Origin: Basidiobolus meristosporus CBS 931.73
Taxonomy: Eukaryota; Fungi; Basidiobolomycota
Length of the DNA: 64,000 bases
Reading direction: 5' to 3'
Assembly: GCA_002104905.1 (NCBI GenBank)
Contig: MCFE01000210.1
Span: forward strand, 63,777-127,776
Shown here: positions 28,548 to 40,889 of the stretch, one piece after another
Position numbering within the stretch: position 1 is the first letter of the stretch
Layout: each line of letters begins with the position of its first letter
Notes under the pieces: model-generated
Database searches by the model: none
What the model saw: the letters and a program-made list of their open reading frames with translations, nothing else
Told to the model about the DNA's origin: nothing
Position numbers and translations under genes: made by a program

Positions 28548-29147
28548 GCTCTACAGCGATAATACTAGAAAGGTGTGAGGTGCACAATCGGCGAACACAG
28601 CGTCAAATTCGAAGGTCGGTGAGTCCAAAAATAATACCAAGACGGGAATTTAATAAAGTTATATGAAAGGAACGAAGCTGGAATTAGGAAGCGGGGACCC
28701 CCGGAATTTATAGCAATACGCCTTATCTGTGATATTGAACCCTTAAATCGTTAGAATTAGTCATACTCACCAAAATCGTAATGCATCACAAAGTCATCTC
28801 CTAATATCGTAATCAACTCCCTTGCATGCAGTGCACCATTCTCCGCTAGTTGATCATTCGAATAAGAAATGACATGTGCGATAAGCTGATTTCCACTAGA
28901 TCATGATGCAGATGTGACTTGATATGCCACTGCTCCAGTGCCCTCGAAACCATATTAATTAATTTGCGTGATGATGTCGGTTAGCACCATTTAAATATTA
29001 CCAATATCGTTTGACTCGCCCAGATCCAGGTTGGGATTGGTCAATGCTACCCAATCACCACAAGGTACACATATCACGTCAGTCTATGATCCAGATTTTA
29101 TTAACATTTACTCTAAATGCTTTACAAAAACGTATTCACATATATCA

Positions 29148-30873
29148 TCAAAGGATGTTGCGGAAAGCTGGGTTCCCTGACACTTCTTTGATCAGGACCC
29201 CTTGTTGCTCCGCCAGATCGTAGCGCTTGTTTTCTTGCTTCATGCTAATCTTCATTGCAAACGCCAATAGGATGGCCATGGACAGGAAACAGACATTCAA
29301 CCAATTGCTGCGTAGATACTGGGGCGCCTCGTCTGCTCTATAGAACTGGCTGGCAATCAATCCTAAAGTTTCGGCTGATGTCAGATCTGGAATTCAACAA
29401 GTGGACTCAGTCACCTTATACTAACCTCCACAATTGCCGAAGGCAATCACCATGGCTGAGGTGGTCGCGGCTTTGGTAGCACCAATGACGTTGTTTGTGA
29501 CCCAGGAAAGCAGTACCGGAACGCAGGAGAACACTCCCATCGCCGCCACACAGGCTGCGGCATAACGCGCCTTTAGCTCAGTCATGGTGGACATCAAAAC
29601 AAGCCCCACGATGCCCACACCAGCCTGGAGTATCAGATGGTACCCGCGCTCCTTGGTCCGGTCGGAGTGGTATGAGGTAGCTAGGGTAAACAAGAAAGCC
29701 AGGAAATAAGGCGGACAGGTGAAAAGCTGTGCAGTCAAGCTTGAGAAGCCCAAGCCGCGAACGATAGTGGGCAAGAACAGAGAAATGGAGTACACCGGAG
29801 TGTTGACCCCGACGTACATGAACATGTACATCCACGTTTTGTAGCTTTTCACGGCGTTCGTGAATTGGGATCTGTCAAATTTGGATTCGGATAGGTTGGT
29901 GAAATCCTGACTCAGCCGAGCTTCCGCCAGCTCTCTCTCGGATTCAGTGAGCCATTTTGCCTGATGAGGATAGTTTGGCAGGTAGAACCTTTACATCGAG
30001 CTGGGTTTCAGGATGATTGGGCAACGTATATCAGTTGATGTTGGTGCACTTACCAGGTGATGATTCCCACCAGAATGGTCGCTAGTCCTTCGATGAGGAA
30101 GATCCATTGCCACCCCTTCAATTTGCTGACTCCGTTCATCCGTCCCATGCCATACGCCAGAGCACCTCCAAAAGCACCGGCCAAGGACGCCGAAGAGAAG
30201 AACAAGGCGAATCTTGTGCACTGTTCTCTCCTTGTGTACCAGAATGTGAGGTAGAAAATCAAGCCTGGGAAAAGACTTGAACACAGGGGGTTACACGACT
30301 GGAGCATTTTGGAACGGGGATTCTCTGCACTTACCCCGCCTCAGCAACACCCAAGAAGAAGCGAGCAGCCACAAGGCCCGCAAAGTTTGTAACACCGGCT
30401 GTGGCCATGGTTACTGCACCCCAGCTCACCATGATTCTTGCAATCCAACGCGAGGGGGAAAACCTCTTGATCACCAGGTTCGAGGGGATATCAAAGACAA
30501 TGAATCCTGTAGGATCATGGATCACGTATCATGGAACCTGTTCAATACATATGTGCCAAAGCTCATCAAGGTGGATCACTAACCAATGAAAAACACCGAG
30601 AGGACCCAGGCATATTGCGAAGATGTCAGGTTCAAATCGTCCTCGATGTGAATCAACCGTGCATTTCCTAGTGGGCCAGTCAGTCAAACAAGATCAGAAG
30701 GGTTTTGTGGTGGATGGTGTACCTATATTGACGCGGTCCAGGAAGGAAAAAAAGTAAAGGAGACTGAGGAAGGGCATCAGCCGGAGATCTAGTTTGTGCT
30801 TGAGGGCCAGCGTCCTCCGCTTCAACTCTGCCTCCGGGTTGGACGTGGTCGAGCTACTTTCATTCATCGACAT
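29148..30873 (-). CDS. MFS anion:cation symporter (Dal5/Tna1 family)
   Basis: KLDLRLMP...FLDRVNIG, RFFLGVAEAG, WYTRREQ..R..LF, WQWIFLIEGL, QLFTCPPY, GNCGG; multi-exon. Confidence 0.9.
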
Positions 30874-31039
30874 GATGGAAGTTTACAAAACGCTGTGGAG
30901 GAAGACAGTGACCTTATTTAAAGTCGGCCACTCCATCGGAAGCCACATCCTGTATGCACTCCTCACTAAGGCCAGTGTATGTATACCCTGATCGGTAAAT
31001 AATTCCGGTAAGATTGGCCGAATAGGTTGCCAAGGGAAA

Positions 31040-31127
31040 TTCAATGGTGCTTATGGTCACAGGTGTTCAATGGTGCTGATGGTCACAGGTGTTCAATGGT
31101 GCTGATGGTCACAGGTGTTCAATGGTG
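31040..31127 (+). repeat. 26-bp tandem repeat, 3.4 copies (TTCAATGGTGCTGATGGTCACAGGTG)
   Basis: Units at 31040, 31066, 31092 and a partial at 31118; one mismatch (G>T) in unit 1. Confidence 0.95.
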
Positions 31128-31343
31128 TCGCCAAATAGATCTGATATCAGAAATGGCCATTCCATAGGGTGGTATTTTAGTGAGAGCTGATGGAAATGCT
31201 TGCGTATGCCTGATTAATTGCCAACCCTCGAGACTTTCAGCAACAAATAAAATTTCTACTGTTACAACAATCATTGGTTACAAGGAACAGGTGCGTCTGT
31301 TCTAGGGAAAGATAAGAAAATTTTCTCGATATATTCACCAATA

Positions 31344-33095
31344 ATGTCTTTCCTACGGATACCCAAGAACGTTACGGCTCTCTCAAAGTTTTCGAGAACC
31401 TACTTCTCTACCAGCTCAAGAATGTCCCAACAACCTGACGGCCTTATCCTTGGGGTCTACAAAGACCTCACCCTCGCTAACTCTGTTAAAGCATTGGACG
31501 AAAATGTAAAGACCCAGCTCACCGAGCAGCTGAAGAACTCCGGAGCAACCGGAAAACTTGGGGAATTGAGAGTCTTGTACGGTCTTGATTCTTGCCCCAA
31601 GCAAGTGGCCGTTGTCGGATTAGGCAAGGCTGCCGAGGCCTCTGTGCCTAAGAACATGGAGAATGCCCGTAAAGCTGTAGGTGCCTTTTCCTATGCTACC
31701 GAGACACCTCCGATCTTTTGCTGATGGCTCGCTTTTCCCTTGTATTTTATAGGCTGCTATCGGTGCCAGAGCCCTTCGCGAACAAGGTGCCAAGGTTATC
31801 GCAGTCGATTCCTTGGGCAGTCTTCAAGGTTAGTTGCGTCAAGCTTTTCGGATACCATACTTAGCAAAGTGATAACCCACGTATCAACCTAGGTGCCGTC
31901 GAAGGTGCTAAGCTTGGCCTGTATAGCTTCGACAGCCTCAAGGCCGAGAAATCTCGTAAGCCTTTGGTTGAAGTCACCCCCTACGATCAAACCGAGCAGG
32001 AATCTTCTGCCTGGAAGAACGGACTTGCTTGCTCTGAGGCTCAGAATTTCGCTCGTATCCTTGCTGAAACTCCTGCCAACCATATGACCCCTCGCTTGTT
32101 TGCCGATCAAGTCGCAAGCAAGCTTTCACCATTGGAAAATGTTGAGGTTATTGTCAGAGATGGCGAGTGGGCTGAGGAGATGAAGATGGGTGCTTTCTTG
32201 TCCGTTACTCGTGGCAGTGCCGCTCCACCAAGATTTGTCGAGATTCATTACAGAGGTGGCAAAGAGAATGAGAAGCCACTTGCACTTGTCGGTAAAGGTG
32301 TGACCTTCGACAGTGGAGGTATCTCTATCAAGCCTTCCGCCAACATGCATCTCATGAAGGGTGATATGGGCGGTGCTGCTGCCGTTGCTGGTGCCATGTT
32401 CGGTATTGCCAGCCTTCAATTGCCCATCAATGTCGTTGCCTGCATTCCTCTTTGCGAAAATATGCCATCCGGTACCGCTACCAAGCCTGGAGATGTCATC
32501 ACCGCAATGAACGGCAAGACCATTGAGGTATTTATTGATTGTACGCCCGCCGATCGCGACGAGAGGCATCCATTAACGTAGTTTTCTACAGGTCCTCAAC
32601 ACTGACGCCGAAGGAAGATTGATCTTGGCCGACGCCATTTACTATGCCAGCACCACCTTCAAGCCCCACACTTTGATTGACGTCGCTACTTTGACTGGCG
32701 CGATGGTTATCGCTTTGGGTGATGTCTTCTCCGGTGTCTTCACCAACTCCGACTCCCTCTGGAAGCAGCTTGATGACGCTGGCCACAACACCAGCGACAT
32801 GTTCTGGAGAATGCCACTCCACCCATCTTACAAGAAGCTCATCACCGAATCTCCAGTTGCTGACTTGATGAATGTCGGTAGTCGTGCCGGTGGCTCCTGC
32901 ACCGCCGCCATCTTCTTGAAGGAGTTCGTTGCTGGCTTGGACGACGAAGAGGCCGACGAGGCCGAGCAAATTCGCTTCGCTCACATCGATATTGCCGGTA
33001 GTATGGATAGCGGCAGCACCAACGGCTACACCATCAAGGGAATGACTGGTCGTCCCACTCGCTCCTTGATTGAATTCGCCAGAACCTTCCAATAA
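31344..33095 (+). CDS. M17 leucyl aminopeptidase with mitochondrial presequence
   Basis: LVGKGVTFDSGGISIK, MKGDMGGAA, NTDAEGRLILADA, DVATLTGA, HIDIAG; three introns. Confidence 0.95.
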
Positions 33096-33181
33096 GTTAA
33101 TGCCCACCTAGATGTCTAAATAAAATCCATATTTATTATTATGCGAAGAATGTTATGTTGTCTAAACTATGTTACATCACA

Positions 33182-35254
33182 TCAATGATACAGCTTGATT
33201 AGGGTTGCCCATGTTCGTGGATGGTATTTCATCATGAAATTAATGATCTGCACCACGTCCTGAGGGGACCCTCGGTTTTTCAATTGAGTGATCAGAGTTT
33301 GGCACACTTTGATGTCCACCGCGATGCCATACTGGATCATCTCCTCAAAGAAGACCTTCTTGGCCCTCTCCGTGTGCCCCAGCCTACACTGTGCTTCGAT
33401 GAACGACGCGAAATGGTTGCTGTTCAGAGGGTAGCGAGGCTTGACGTAGTCCCAGAAGCTCTGCAGGAATGCCTCGTCGGATGCAAACCCGCACGAATCG
33501 ATGATTGAGGAGATGAACGACAACTGGGACTCCTTGGAGAAGCCCTGCACCTGGATGTTGTTCCAAAGCTTCATCACCTCGTCATGCTGACCTAGGCGGT
33601 TGTGGCTTTTGATCGCCAGGGCGTAAAGGTTGCTGTCCGGTTCGATATGCCATCTCTGCAGTTCGTCGAAGTAGTGCAAGGCTTGGCGGTAGTTTCGCGA
33701 GTGCAGGTGAAGCTCCATCAGCATTCGAAACGTGTGTCTGTTGGGCCTGATCCCCTTGCCCTGCTTTGTCATTTGCAGATAGAGCGCGTCGGCTGAAGCG
33801 ATTTTCTTTTGGGCTCGACAGGCCCCCAGCAGGTAGTAATAGATCCCCAGGTTAGGGCTGATCTGATTGCTCAGCATATCCTGGAAGATGTCCATCAGCG
33901 TGGCAAGCGGTAACTTTGTGTGCCCGGCGCCAATCAGCAGATTGTACGTTTTGAAGTTGGGTTGGACTTTGACTCGCTTCATCTGGCTGTACACCTCTAA
34001 GGCTAGGTCGATGTTCTCTCTAGAGCAGGCACGAATCAAGTTGTTGATCAACACGATGTCGGTCGCGTATCCTTTCTGCACTGCATCGTTGAACAAGCCT
34101 ATCGCGGATGTCAGTTGGTCGTCGGCAATATAGGCCCCAGCAAGAATCGAGAGGGTGAAAGCGTTGGGCTGGATGTTGCGCTCCAGCATCTGGTTATACA
34201 GCTCCTTGGCTTCGTTCAACCCGGAATGCTTTGCCGCGGCGTGGATGAGGGAGGAATAAATCACGACGTTGGGCTCGACTCCACTTTCCTCCATGTTCTC
34301 AAACACCTGGTTCATCTTTGGAAGGTCCCCTATCTTGGAATATAGCGAGATCAGCGAGGAAAAGGTGACCACGTCGGGGACGATCTTCTGCTCCAGCATC
34401 GCATCATAGATTGCTGCCGCTTTCGAGGCCTCAAGGCCTCTGGTGTACAGGTTAATCATGGAGGTGAAGATGCTGGCATCGGGCGTGATGCCCTTCGTAA
34501 GCATCTCATCGTAGAGTGTGTGCGCTCTGGCGTAATCCGAGGTGTTGACATATGTGGAGATTAAGGTGGAGTAGGTGTACAGATCTTTCTCAATCGAGGC
34601 CGAGTCCATATCTGCGAGGATCCTGGGGAGATGCCTGGTGTTGTTGTGGATTTTGAAGGAGTGCAATAACAGATTATAGGTGTACACGTTGGGTAGGAGG
34701 GATTGCTTGACCATCTGCTCATACACCGCAAACGCTTTGGTGCTGCTGGCTTTCCCAACCAACTCGAGGTAGTTGTTGTATATAAAAGTGTTGAGCGGGA
34801 GCTCCCTTAGCTTCAGGGCGGAGAGGACCTCCTCGCACTCGCGGAGTAGCCCAAATCTGTTGAACGCCTTAAACAAGCCCCCGTAGTCTCGGAGGCCGTC
34901 AAGTTGAAAGTTGGCTTTTCGCAACTCCTCGTGGAAAGAACTCAACTTGTCTCGCCAGAAAGGGGTAGGCTTTGACTGGGCAAAGAGCGATACAAGTTTC
35001 CCAGCTGCCAGCAGGGAGTTAGACGTCTCTTTTGAAGATTTGTATTCGGAAAAGGCGTCCCTCCATTCTGCTACTAGGGTGGCATTTTCAGGGGAATGAA
35101 CAGGCGTTTCTTTGGGAGCTATTGAAGAGATCTGCTGTACACTGAAGAGGTTCGCTCTGCCAAGCCGTAAAGACGAGCTGCCCGAGACGAAAAGGTGCTT
35201 CGGATACACTCGGGGGATGGCAGCTTGAGGGCGGAGAACCTTAAAAAGGAACAT
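33182..35254 (-). CDS. Pentatricopeptide-repeat (P-type) protein, probably mitochondrial
   Basis: About 12 tandem 35-aa repeats (e.g. PNVYTYNLLL, PDASIFTSMINLY, PDVVTFSSLISLY, PNVVIYSSLIHAA); presequence-like start MFLFKVLRP; single exon. Confidence 0.93.
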   Translation of the reverse strand: MFLFKVLRPQAAIPRVYPKHLFVSGSSSLRLGRANLFSVQQISSIAPKETPVHSPENATLVAEWRDAFSEYKSSKETSNSLLAAGKLVSLFAQSKPTPFWRDKLSSFHEELRKANFQLDGLRDYGGLFKAFNRFGLLRECEEVLSALKLRELPLNTFIYNNYLELVGKASSTKAFAVYEQMVKQSLLPNVYTYNLLLHSFKIHNNTRHLPRILADMDSASIEKDLYTYSTLISTYVNTSDYARAHTLYDEMLTKGITPDASIFTSMINLYTRGLEASKAAAIYDAMLEQKIVPDVVTFSSLISLYSKIGDLPKMNQVFENMEESGVEPNVVIYSSLIHAAAKHSGLNEAKELYNQMLERNIQPNAFTLSILAGAYIADDQLTSAIGLFNDAVQKGYATDIVLINNLIRACSRENIDLALEVYSQMKRVKVQPNFKTYNLLIGAGHTKLPLATLMDIFQDMLSNQISPNLGIYYYLLGACRAQKKIASADALYLQMTKQGKGIRPNRHTFRMLMELHLHSRNYRQALHYFDELQRWHIEPDSNLYALAIKSHNRLGQHDEVMKLWNNIQVQGFSKESQLSFISSIIDSCGFASDEAFLQSFWDYVKPRYPLNSNHFASFIEAQCRLGHTERAKKVFFEEMIQYGIAVDIKVCQTLITQLKNRGSPQDVVQIINFMMKYHPRTWATLIKLYH

Positions 35255-35542
35255 CGCACTTGCGCACTGGTGTTTGAAAGGTCGTGGAGAGGTTGATACC
35301 AAATATCTCTGGGACTCCGGATTCTAAATGGAATTATAAAAATTTCCACCATGAGCCATGGATTTTCAAACAAGAACGATTAAATTGCCGAATTAATTAG
35401 TTGATCATTCAGTTGGCAGGAACATTGGTGATTTTTGGTTTCATCAGTTTACTTCGCTTTACTAGTAAGACATACGACTAAAAATACCAAGCACAGGATA
35501 TAATATGTGCGCCGTCGCTATATGTGACTGTATAAGATGGGT

Positions 35543-36416
35543 TCAGGCAACTTTGTCCAAAGGTCGGTTAAATCCTCCTCTTCTATTCATGTACTGACGG
35601 TACTGTCGCTGTTTCTTTATGTCTGCTGTTCCGACCTCATTACCAGCGACTTTCTTTCCCTAAAGTTAAGAGCGTTGTGAGTCGAGATTCACACTGTAAC
35701 GATGGAGCAAATAGACTGACTTTGGTGCTGGTAAAGCCTCCAATTCCCATGAGTGCCATCATCTTCTGCTCCTCATCCATATCGGCATCTACAATGGGCT
35801 CTGTGACCTGAAGTTAGCAAAAACGAAAAATCAACGCTTCACAAATACTCCACTATACCAGTCTCTGGCGGTTGCGTACTGGAAGGGGTAGACACAATAG
35901 GGAAAACATCGATTATTATCGGGGTGCTTTTGTTCAATTGCTTGGGAACTTACCTTGGTGCCTTAGATTTGCTTCCCCGAGAATCTTGAACATTCAAAAA
36001 ATGTGAGTGGATGGGCTTTTTGTTGAACCAACTAGAAACTCACCTTGTTCGTTCGTGCGAGTTGTCCCTTCACTTCTCTTTCGCTCCGGGGATCTTTTTC
36101 TTTTACTTGGGGACCGCGAGGCTCGGCGTCTTCTATCCGAGGAACGTGATCTACGCCTTTTCTCGCGAGATCGAGAGCGATATCGTCGTGGGGGAGAACG
36201 GGATCTATACCGTCTACCCGGTGAGCGGGATCTGCCACGTCTTTCAGGAGACCGAGATTTACCCCGTCTAATAGGAGAGCGGGAGCCCCTGCGACGTGGA
36301 GATCTGGATCTGTACCTGCCTTCTTCAGGATGATCTCTATCCCGATATTCCCCTGTGCCTCTTGACCGTCTTGAGCGATACTCTACCGATGAACTACGAC
36401 TTCGACTACGCCCCAT
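35543..36416 (-). CDS. SNRNP27: U4/U6.U5 tri-snRNP 27K protein
   Basis: RS-rich first exon; spliced C-terminus [22 protein letters not shown]...[16 protein letters not shown]. Confidence 0.9.
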
Positions 36417-37093
36417 GGTGTGTGAAAGTAGGTGGATATCTGCTCATGATTTGATAAATCAAGGAATTGCTCAAGGCCTGCACGTGAATTCAAGCGAACA
36501 TTTTTTGTTGCATAATTTCTGGCCATCTTTGATTAACTTTCCCAACCCTAAACCTAACTCTGACATGACAATCACCTTCCCTCTCCCTTCCTTTCCTTCC
36601 CTTATTTAACCTAACCTAAACCCGATGCGTAGCGGTTTACCAATGATGGACAATTATGGTCAGTTTTCTCCGGCTCTACAAACGGAGAAACATCGCTAGA
36701 TTTGGCAGGCTTTCGACAACTCCATGTGTTTCGTATGCAACGAGCCTTGCTTGGCTGATGTTGGCCTGAAGGCGATGCATCCATGAGGATTACGAAGCCA
36801 TTCCTCAGTACCGGTGTTGTTTGGAGGCAGCTCAAGTGAGGTGAAGAGAGCAATGGTGGTGATTCAGGTTGCTTCATGAAACAGTATGCATGGTGGTCCA
36901 GGCAGTAATCTGTGATTAGTCCAGATTCCCAGGAATGCTTGGTCACAAAATTTTCGTCAATTGGGAAATACTGGAAATAGCATGATGAGTACCCCGAAGC
37001 AATTCGACCAGCGGGTCTCCGGCCTAGCACTGAATCTAGGTGGCTGACTGGATATAAATATTCCTCCTCACCCCGACTACCTTTAACACCATC

Positions 37094-38710
37094 ATGAAAC
37101 AAATCACAATCCTCGGTGGGGGTATTTCCGGTCTTTCCGCTGCCTGGTATTTGGCCAAGGCCCTGCCTGCAACCACCCGCATCGTTCTTCTGGAGCGTTC
37201 AGCTCACCTTGGTGGCTGGCTCAACTCCCATAGATCCAAGAGCGGTACCCTGTTTGAGACCGGCCCTCGTAGCTTACGTCCCAAGGGTTACACCGGTCTG
37301 CTCACCCTGAATCTGGTAAGTTCCACCTGGCAGTTTGACTTGCCTACGAAACACTAATGGCTTGACCTCCTTAACCCCAGGCAAGCGAACTCGGTCTCAC
37401 AGAAGAGCTTCTTGTTGCGACGAAATCCTCCCCTGCTTCAAAGCACAGGCTGATCTATCGAGGTGACCAGCTCCACCTGCTGCCCTACGACTTGAACAGT
37501 TTACTGTTCAAGCAACCTGAGGTCTTGCGAGGCACCACCTTCGCTTTCATGAAAGAACCGTTCGTCCCTGCCAGAAGGGACGATGCCGATGAGTCCATCC
37601 ACGACTTCATCGCTCGTCGACTCAGCCCGAAGTTCGCCGAGGATATCGTGGGGGCAGTGATTCATGGGATTTACGCCGGGGACGCGAAGAATCTTAGCTT
37701 GAAGGCGGTGATGCCATTCCTCCATGAGGCCGAGAGGAAGTACGGCTCGATCATTCTCGGCGGGATTCTGGGCATGAAGTCTGACCCGCGAGTGAAGGAA
37801 CTCCGGGAGAAGCTGCAGTCGGAGAACCCGGAGATGTGGGGGAAACTCCAGGACGCCTCCATCTATTCCTTCAAGGAGGGGATCCAGGCGCTTTCGGACG
37901 GGATCGTACGAAGCCTGAAGCGCTTCCCCAATGTGATACTGAAGACCGAGGTTGACTGTGATAGATTGGAGTTCGGCCAAGTCGCCAAGGTAAGAGTCTC
38001 TCTAATCAATCCTCCCCGACAATGCTGGCCTGCTCACCAGGTTCGTTGGTCACCAGGTTGTTCTGAAGAACGGAGAGTCGTACGAAAGTGATCATGTCAT
38101 TAGTACCATCCCATCGACCCGTCTGGCCCCGATGCTACCCAAGCCCATCCCCACCCTGAGCCAGACCGTGGGCGCTGACGTCGGGGTGGTCAACCTAAGC
38201 TATGCTGGGAAAGGAGTTTTACCCATCGATGGCTTCGGCTATCTGGTCTCTCCTGCCGAGAAGGAGGCGGTCCTGGGGGTTGTGTTCGATTCGTCGAACA
38301 TTCCGGAGCAGGACGCCGGGAAGGACATCACAAGGATGACCGCAATGATAGGTGGGCATAGGTTCAAGGAGCTCTTTGGCGAGCCGGAGTCCGTAGATCC
38401 GGAGCACCTTTTGCATGTGGCGAAATCCACGATTGCCCGACACATTGGGGTCAGCAAAGAGCCGCTCGAGAGTCAGGTCTCGATCCAGGCCCAATGCATC
38501 CCACAGTACACCGTCGGCCATCGGGAGAGGCTGGGGGAAACCCACGCCCACCTGAAGAAGCTCTACCCTAACCAGCTTAGCGTCACCGGGGCATCCTACC
38601 TGGGGGTCTCGGTGAACGATTGCGTCGCCTCCTCATACGAGCTGGTGAACTCGCTGGTCGCCACCGAATTCCGGGGCGTCACTGGGTTGGAGAAGTCTGA
38701 AGAAGATTGA
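37094..38710 (+). CDS. HEM14: Protoporphyrinogen oxidase
   Basis: ILGGGISGLSAAWYL, LGGW, FETGPRSLRP, DESIHDFIARR, GIYAGD, GFGYL, CIPQYTVGH, GVSVNDC; two introns. Confidence 0.95.
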
Positions 38711-39613
38711 CGCCCCATACCCAAGGGGAGTCATTGATCACGTTCTTTGTACAGTCATCCTCATCCAATCGAAATAAACGCTTCATAGATATTGCTGCAC
38801 CAGAAGAGCTGGTTGAAATCTACCTTTGACGGAGGGGTCCATATCTCTTTCCCACTATGAGTGTCCGGTAAGCGGGATGATACGGCCCCCTAGATTGCCG
38901 GGCTTGTGATGGGGGGGGGCTGAACTAGGGAATTGGTCGTGTGCCTGCTGGGCACTATATGCTCTGCTGCGACATACCCAAGATGGGATCCTAGTACATG
39001 GGTGGCTAGAAATAAATAAATAATGCCAGCAGCTGGCTGGCCACCCAATTACCCATTACACTCTATCCCACTTGGTTAGCCTTGTAGAGACCTATTTGTA
39101 CTTCGCTTGTTTGAGCAGCCCTTTGTATTTGTGTAGATACTCATTTAAATCCTGGGCAACTGGGGGACAAGCGGTATTGTAAATTTTGTGATTACACCTA
39201 AACATTCACCTAACTTGGTCAGAATTCTCTAAGTTTTGTAGGTGATGATCTAAGTGACTACGTTTCTTCTTGGGATTTACTTGGAATATTTTAACCAAAG
39301 TATTGGGTACCCAGAACATGAAATTTCTCAAAGTTATCCAAACAGCCCTAAACCTTGCACACATGTTCTTGGGACCTTCCTAAGCATATTCTACATGTTT
39401 GTTTTGCCACAACCATGTAAAAGTATAAATACTACTTTTACATTCAATAAATCATTAAGTGAAAACCACATAATCTACTTGTCCTCCCAATCACTTCCAA
39501 TATCTCCAAGACTCTTACAACAGGTTATGAGCCCCAAGCTGTCACTCTCTGCAATGTCTACCACTGCTATTACTGGAATTTTTCCCTCTGCTGAAAAGTT
39601 GGATGGATCTAAC

Positions 39614-39954
39614 TATTGTAAAAATTTGCAATTCCACCTAAATATTCACCTAACTTAAATCATTACCCTCAAATTCTAGAGAATACTGACCAAATTCCTT
39701 GTCAGGATTTACTTGGAATATTTTCACCAAAGTACCAGGTACCCAAAACATGAAAATTCTCAAAGTTGTCCAAACAGCCCCAAACTTTGCACACATATTC
39801 TTGGGACCTTTCTTAACCTATTCTACGTGCTTGTAATGCCAAGACCAGGTAAAAGTACAAATACTACTTTTACATTCAATAAATCATTAAGTGAAAACCA
39901 TATAATCAACTTGTTTTCCCAATCACTTCCAATATCTCCAAGACTCTTACAACA
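39614..39954 (+). mobile_element. Solo LTR of the same Copia family inserted in gag of copy A
   Basis: TATTGTAAAA...CTTACAACA flanked by 5-bp TSD CTAAC (39609-13, 39955-59); gag resumes afterwards. Confidence 0.9.
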
Positions 39955-40889
39955 CTAACTACTACATGTGGAAGGTGAAGATGAAGATGCTGCTACAAGA
40001 AAGAGGCCTTTGGGATATTGTTATGGGAGAAAAATGCCCTCCTAGAGGTGTGGGAAAAGAAGTCTAAAGTCACAGAAGAAAGAACAAAGTGCCTTTGACT
40101 GCATTTGCCTTAATGTCAACAGCAGATTGCTAATTCAATGCTCAGGAGCAAAAATGGGAAAGAATGCCTGAAAGGCAATAGAAGACACCTACTGGTCATG
40201 TTCAGCTGCTAAGAAACTGTATTGTATACAAGAATCCCTCACTACTTAGAAGTTACTAGGAGGAGAAGCAAAAAATCTAATTAGCAGAATTACCCTTTTA
40301 GTAGATGAGATGGAATCTGTGGGCATACAGGCTACTGATGCAGAGTCAGCAGAAAAAGCCTGAATATGGAAATGCTGCAACATCTGAAGACAGACTTTTG
40401 ATATCTGCACTAAATATGACAACAAAGAAGGATTCTCAGATATGGTAGATTGCCTCTGGAGCATCTCAACACTTTAGATACCAAAGAGTACATTTAACCC
40501 ATCATCAACAAATTCCAATCAAGTAGGTTCTCATGGGAGACAACAGAACACTTGATGCAGTTGGGGAAGGTACTATCCAAGTACACCTTAAAAGTATTGA
40601 AGGAAGCCATACATTTACCTTCAAAGAAGTATTATATGTACCAGAAATAGCCAAGAACCTACTATCTGTAAGCAAGGCCACAACTTAAGGACTCAGTTTC
40701 AGCTTTGACAATTCTGGAGGCAGGATCACTGATCAAAATGGTGCCCATGTTGCTTCAGGTTTCAGAGATTAAAATCTATACAAGCTGACTTACATCCTAT
40801 CATGTCTAGAAGTCAATATAAGTAACTCAAATGAAGAAACACCAATGCTTTGGCACAGGAGATTTGGACACATCAACTTTGAATATTTG

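Noticed and set aside
31040-31127. CRISPR-like array
   Set aside because: The units are contiguous with no unique spacers, in a eukaryotic context with no cas genes; it is a minisatellite.
17240-33095. Glutathione-degradation cluster (DUG3 plus M17 aminopeptidase) or a mitochondrial gene cluster
   Set aside because: The genes are separated by unrelated loci; the apparent enrichment is compatible with chance without synteny data.
36543-36625. Telomere-like or telomerase-template hexamers (AACCCTAAACCTAAC, TAACCTAACCTAAACCC)
   Set aside because: Only two short irregular patches; no supporting RNA structure is recognisable.
37316-37380. U12-type intron in HEM14 (TCCTTAAC at 37368-75)
   Set aside because: The donor is GTAAGT (U2-type), the motif is too close to the AG, and a U2-like ACTAAT lies upstream.
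13486-38551. Many antisense or nested ORFs from the ORF track (e.g. 13642-14241, 15355-16107, 19670-20284, 32586-33107, 37501-37980)
   Set aside because: They are shadows of real coding sequence on the opposite strand or in another frame, with no recognisable motifs.
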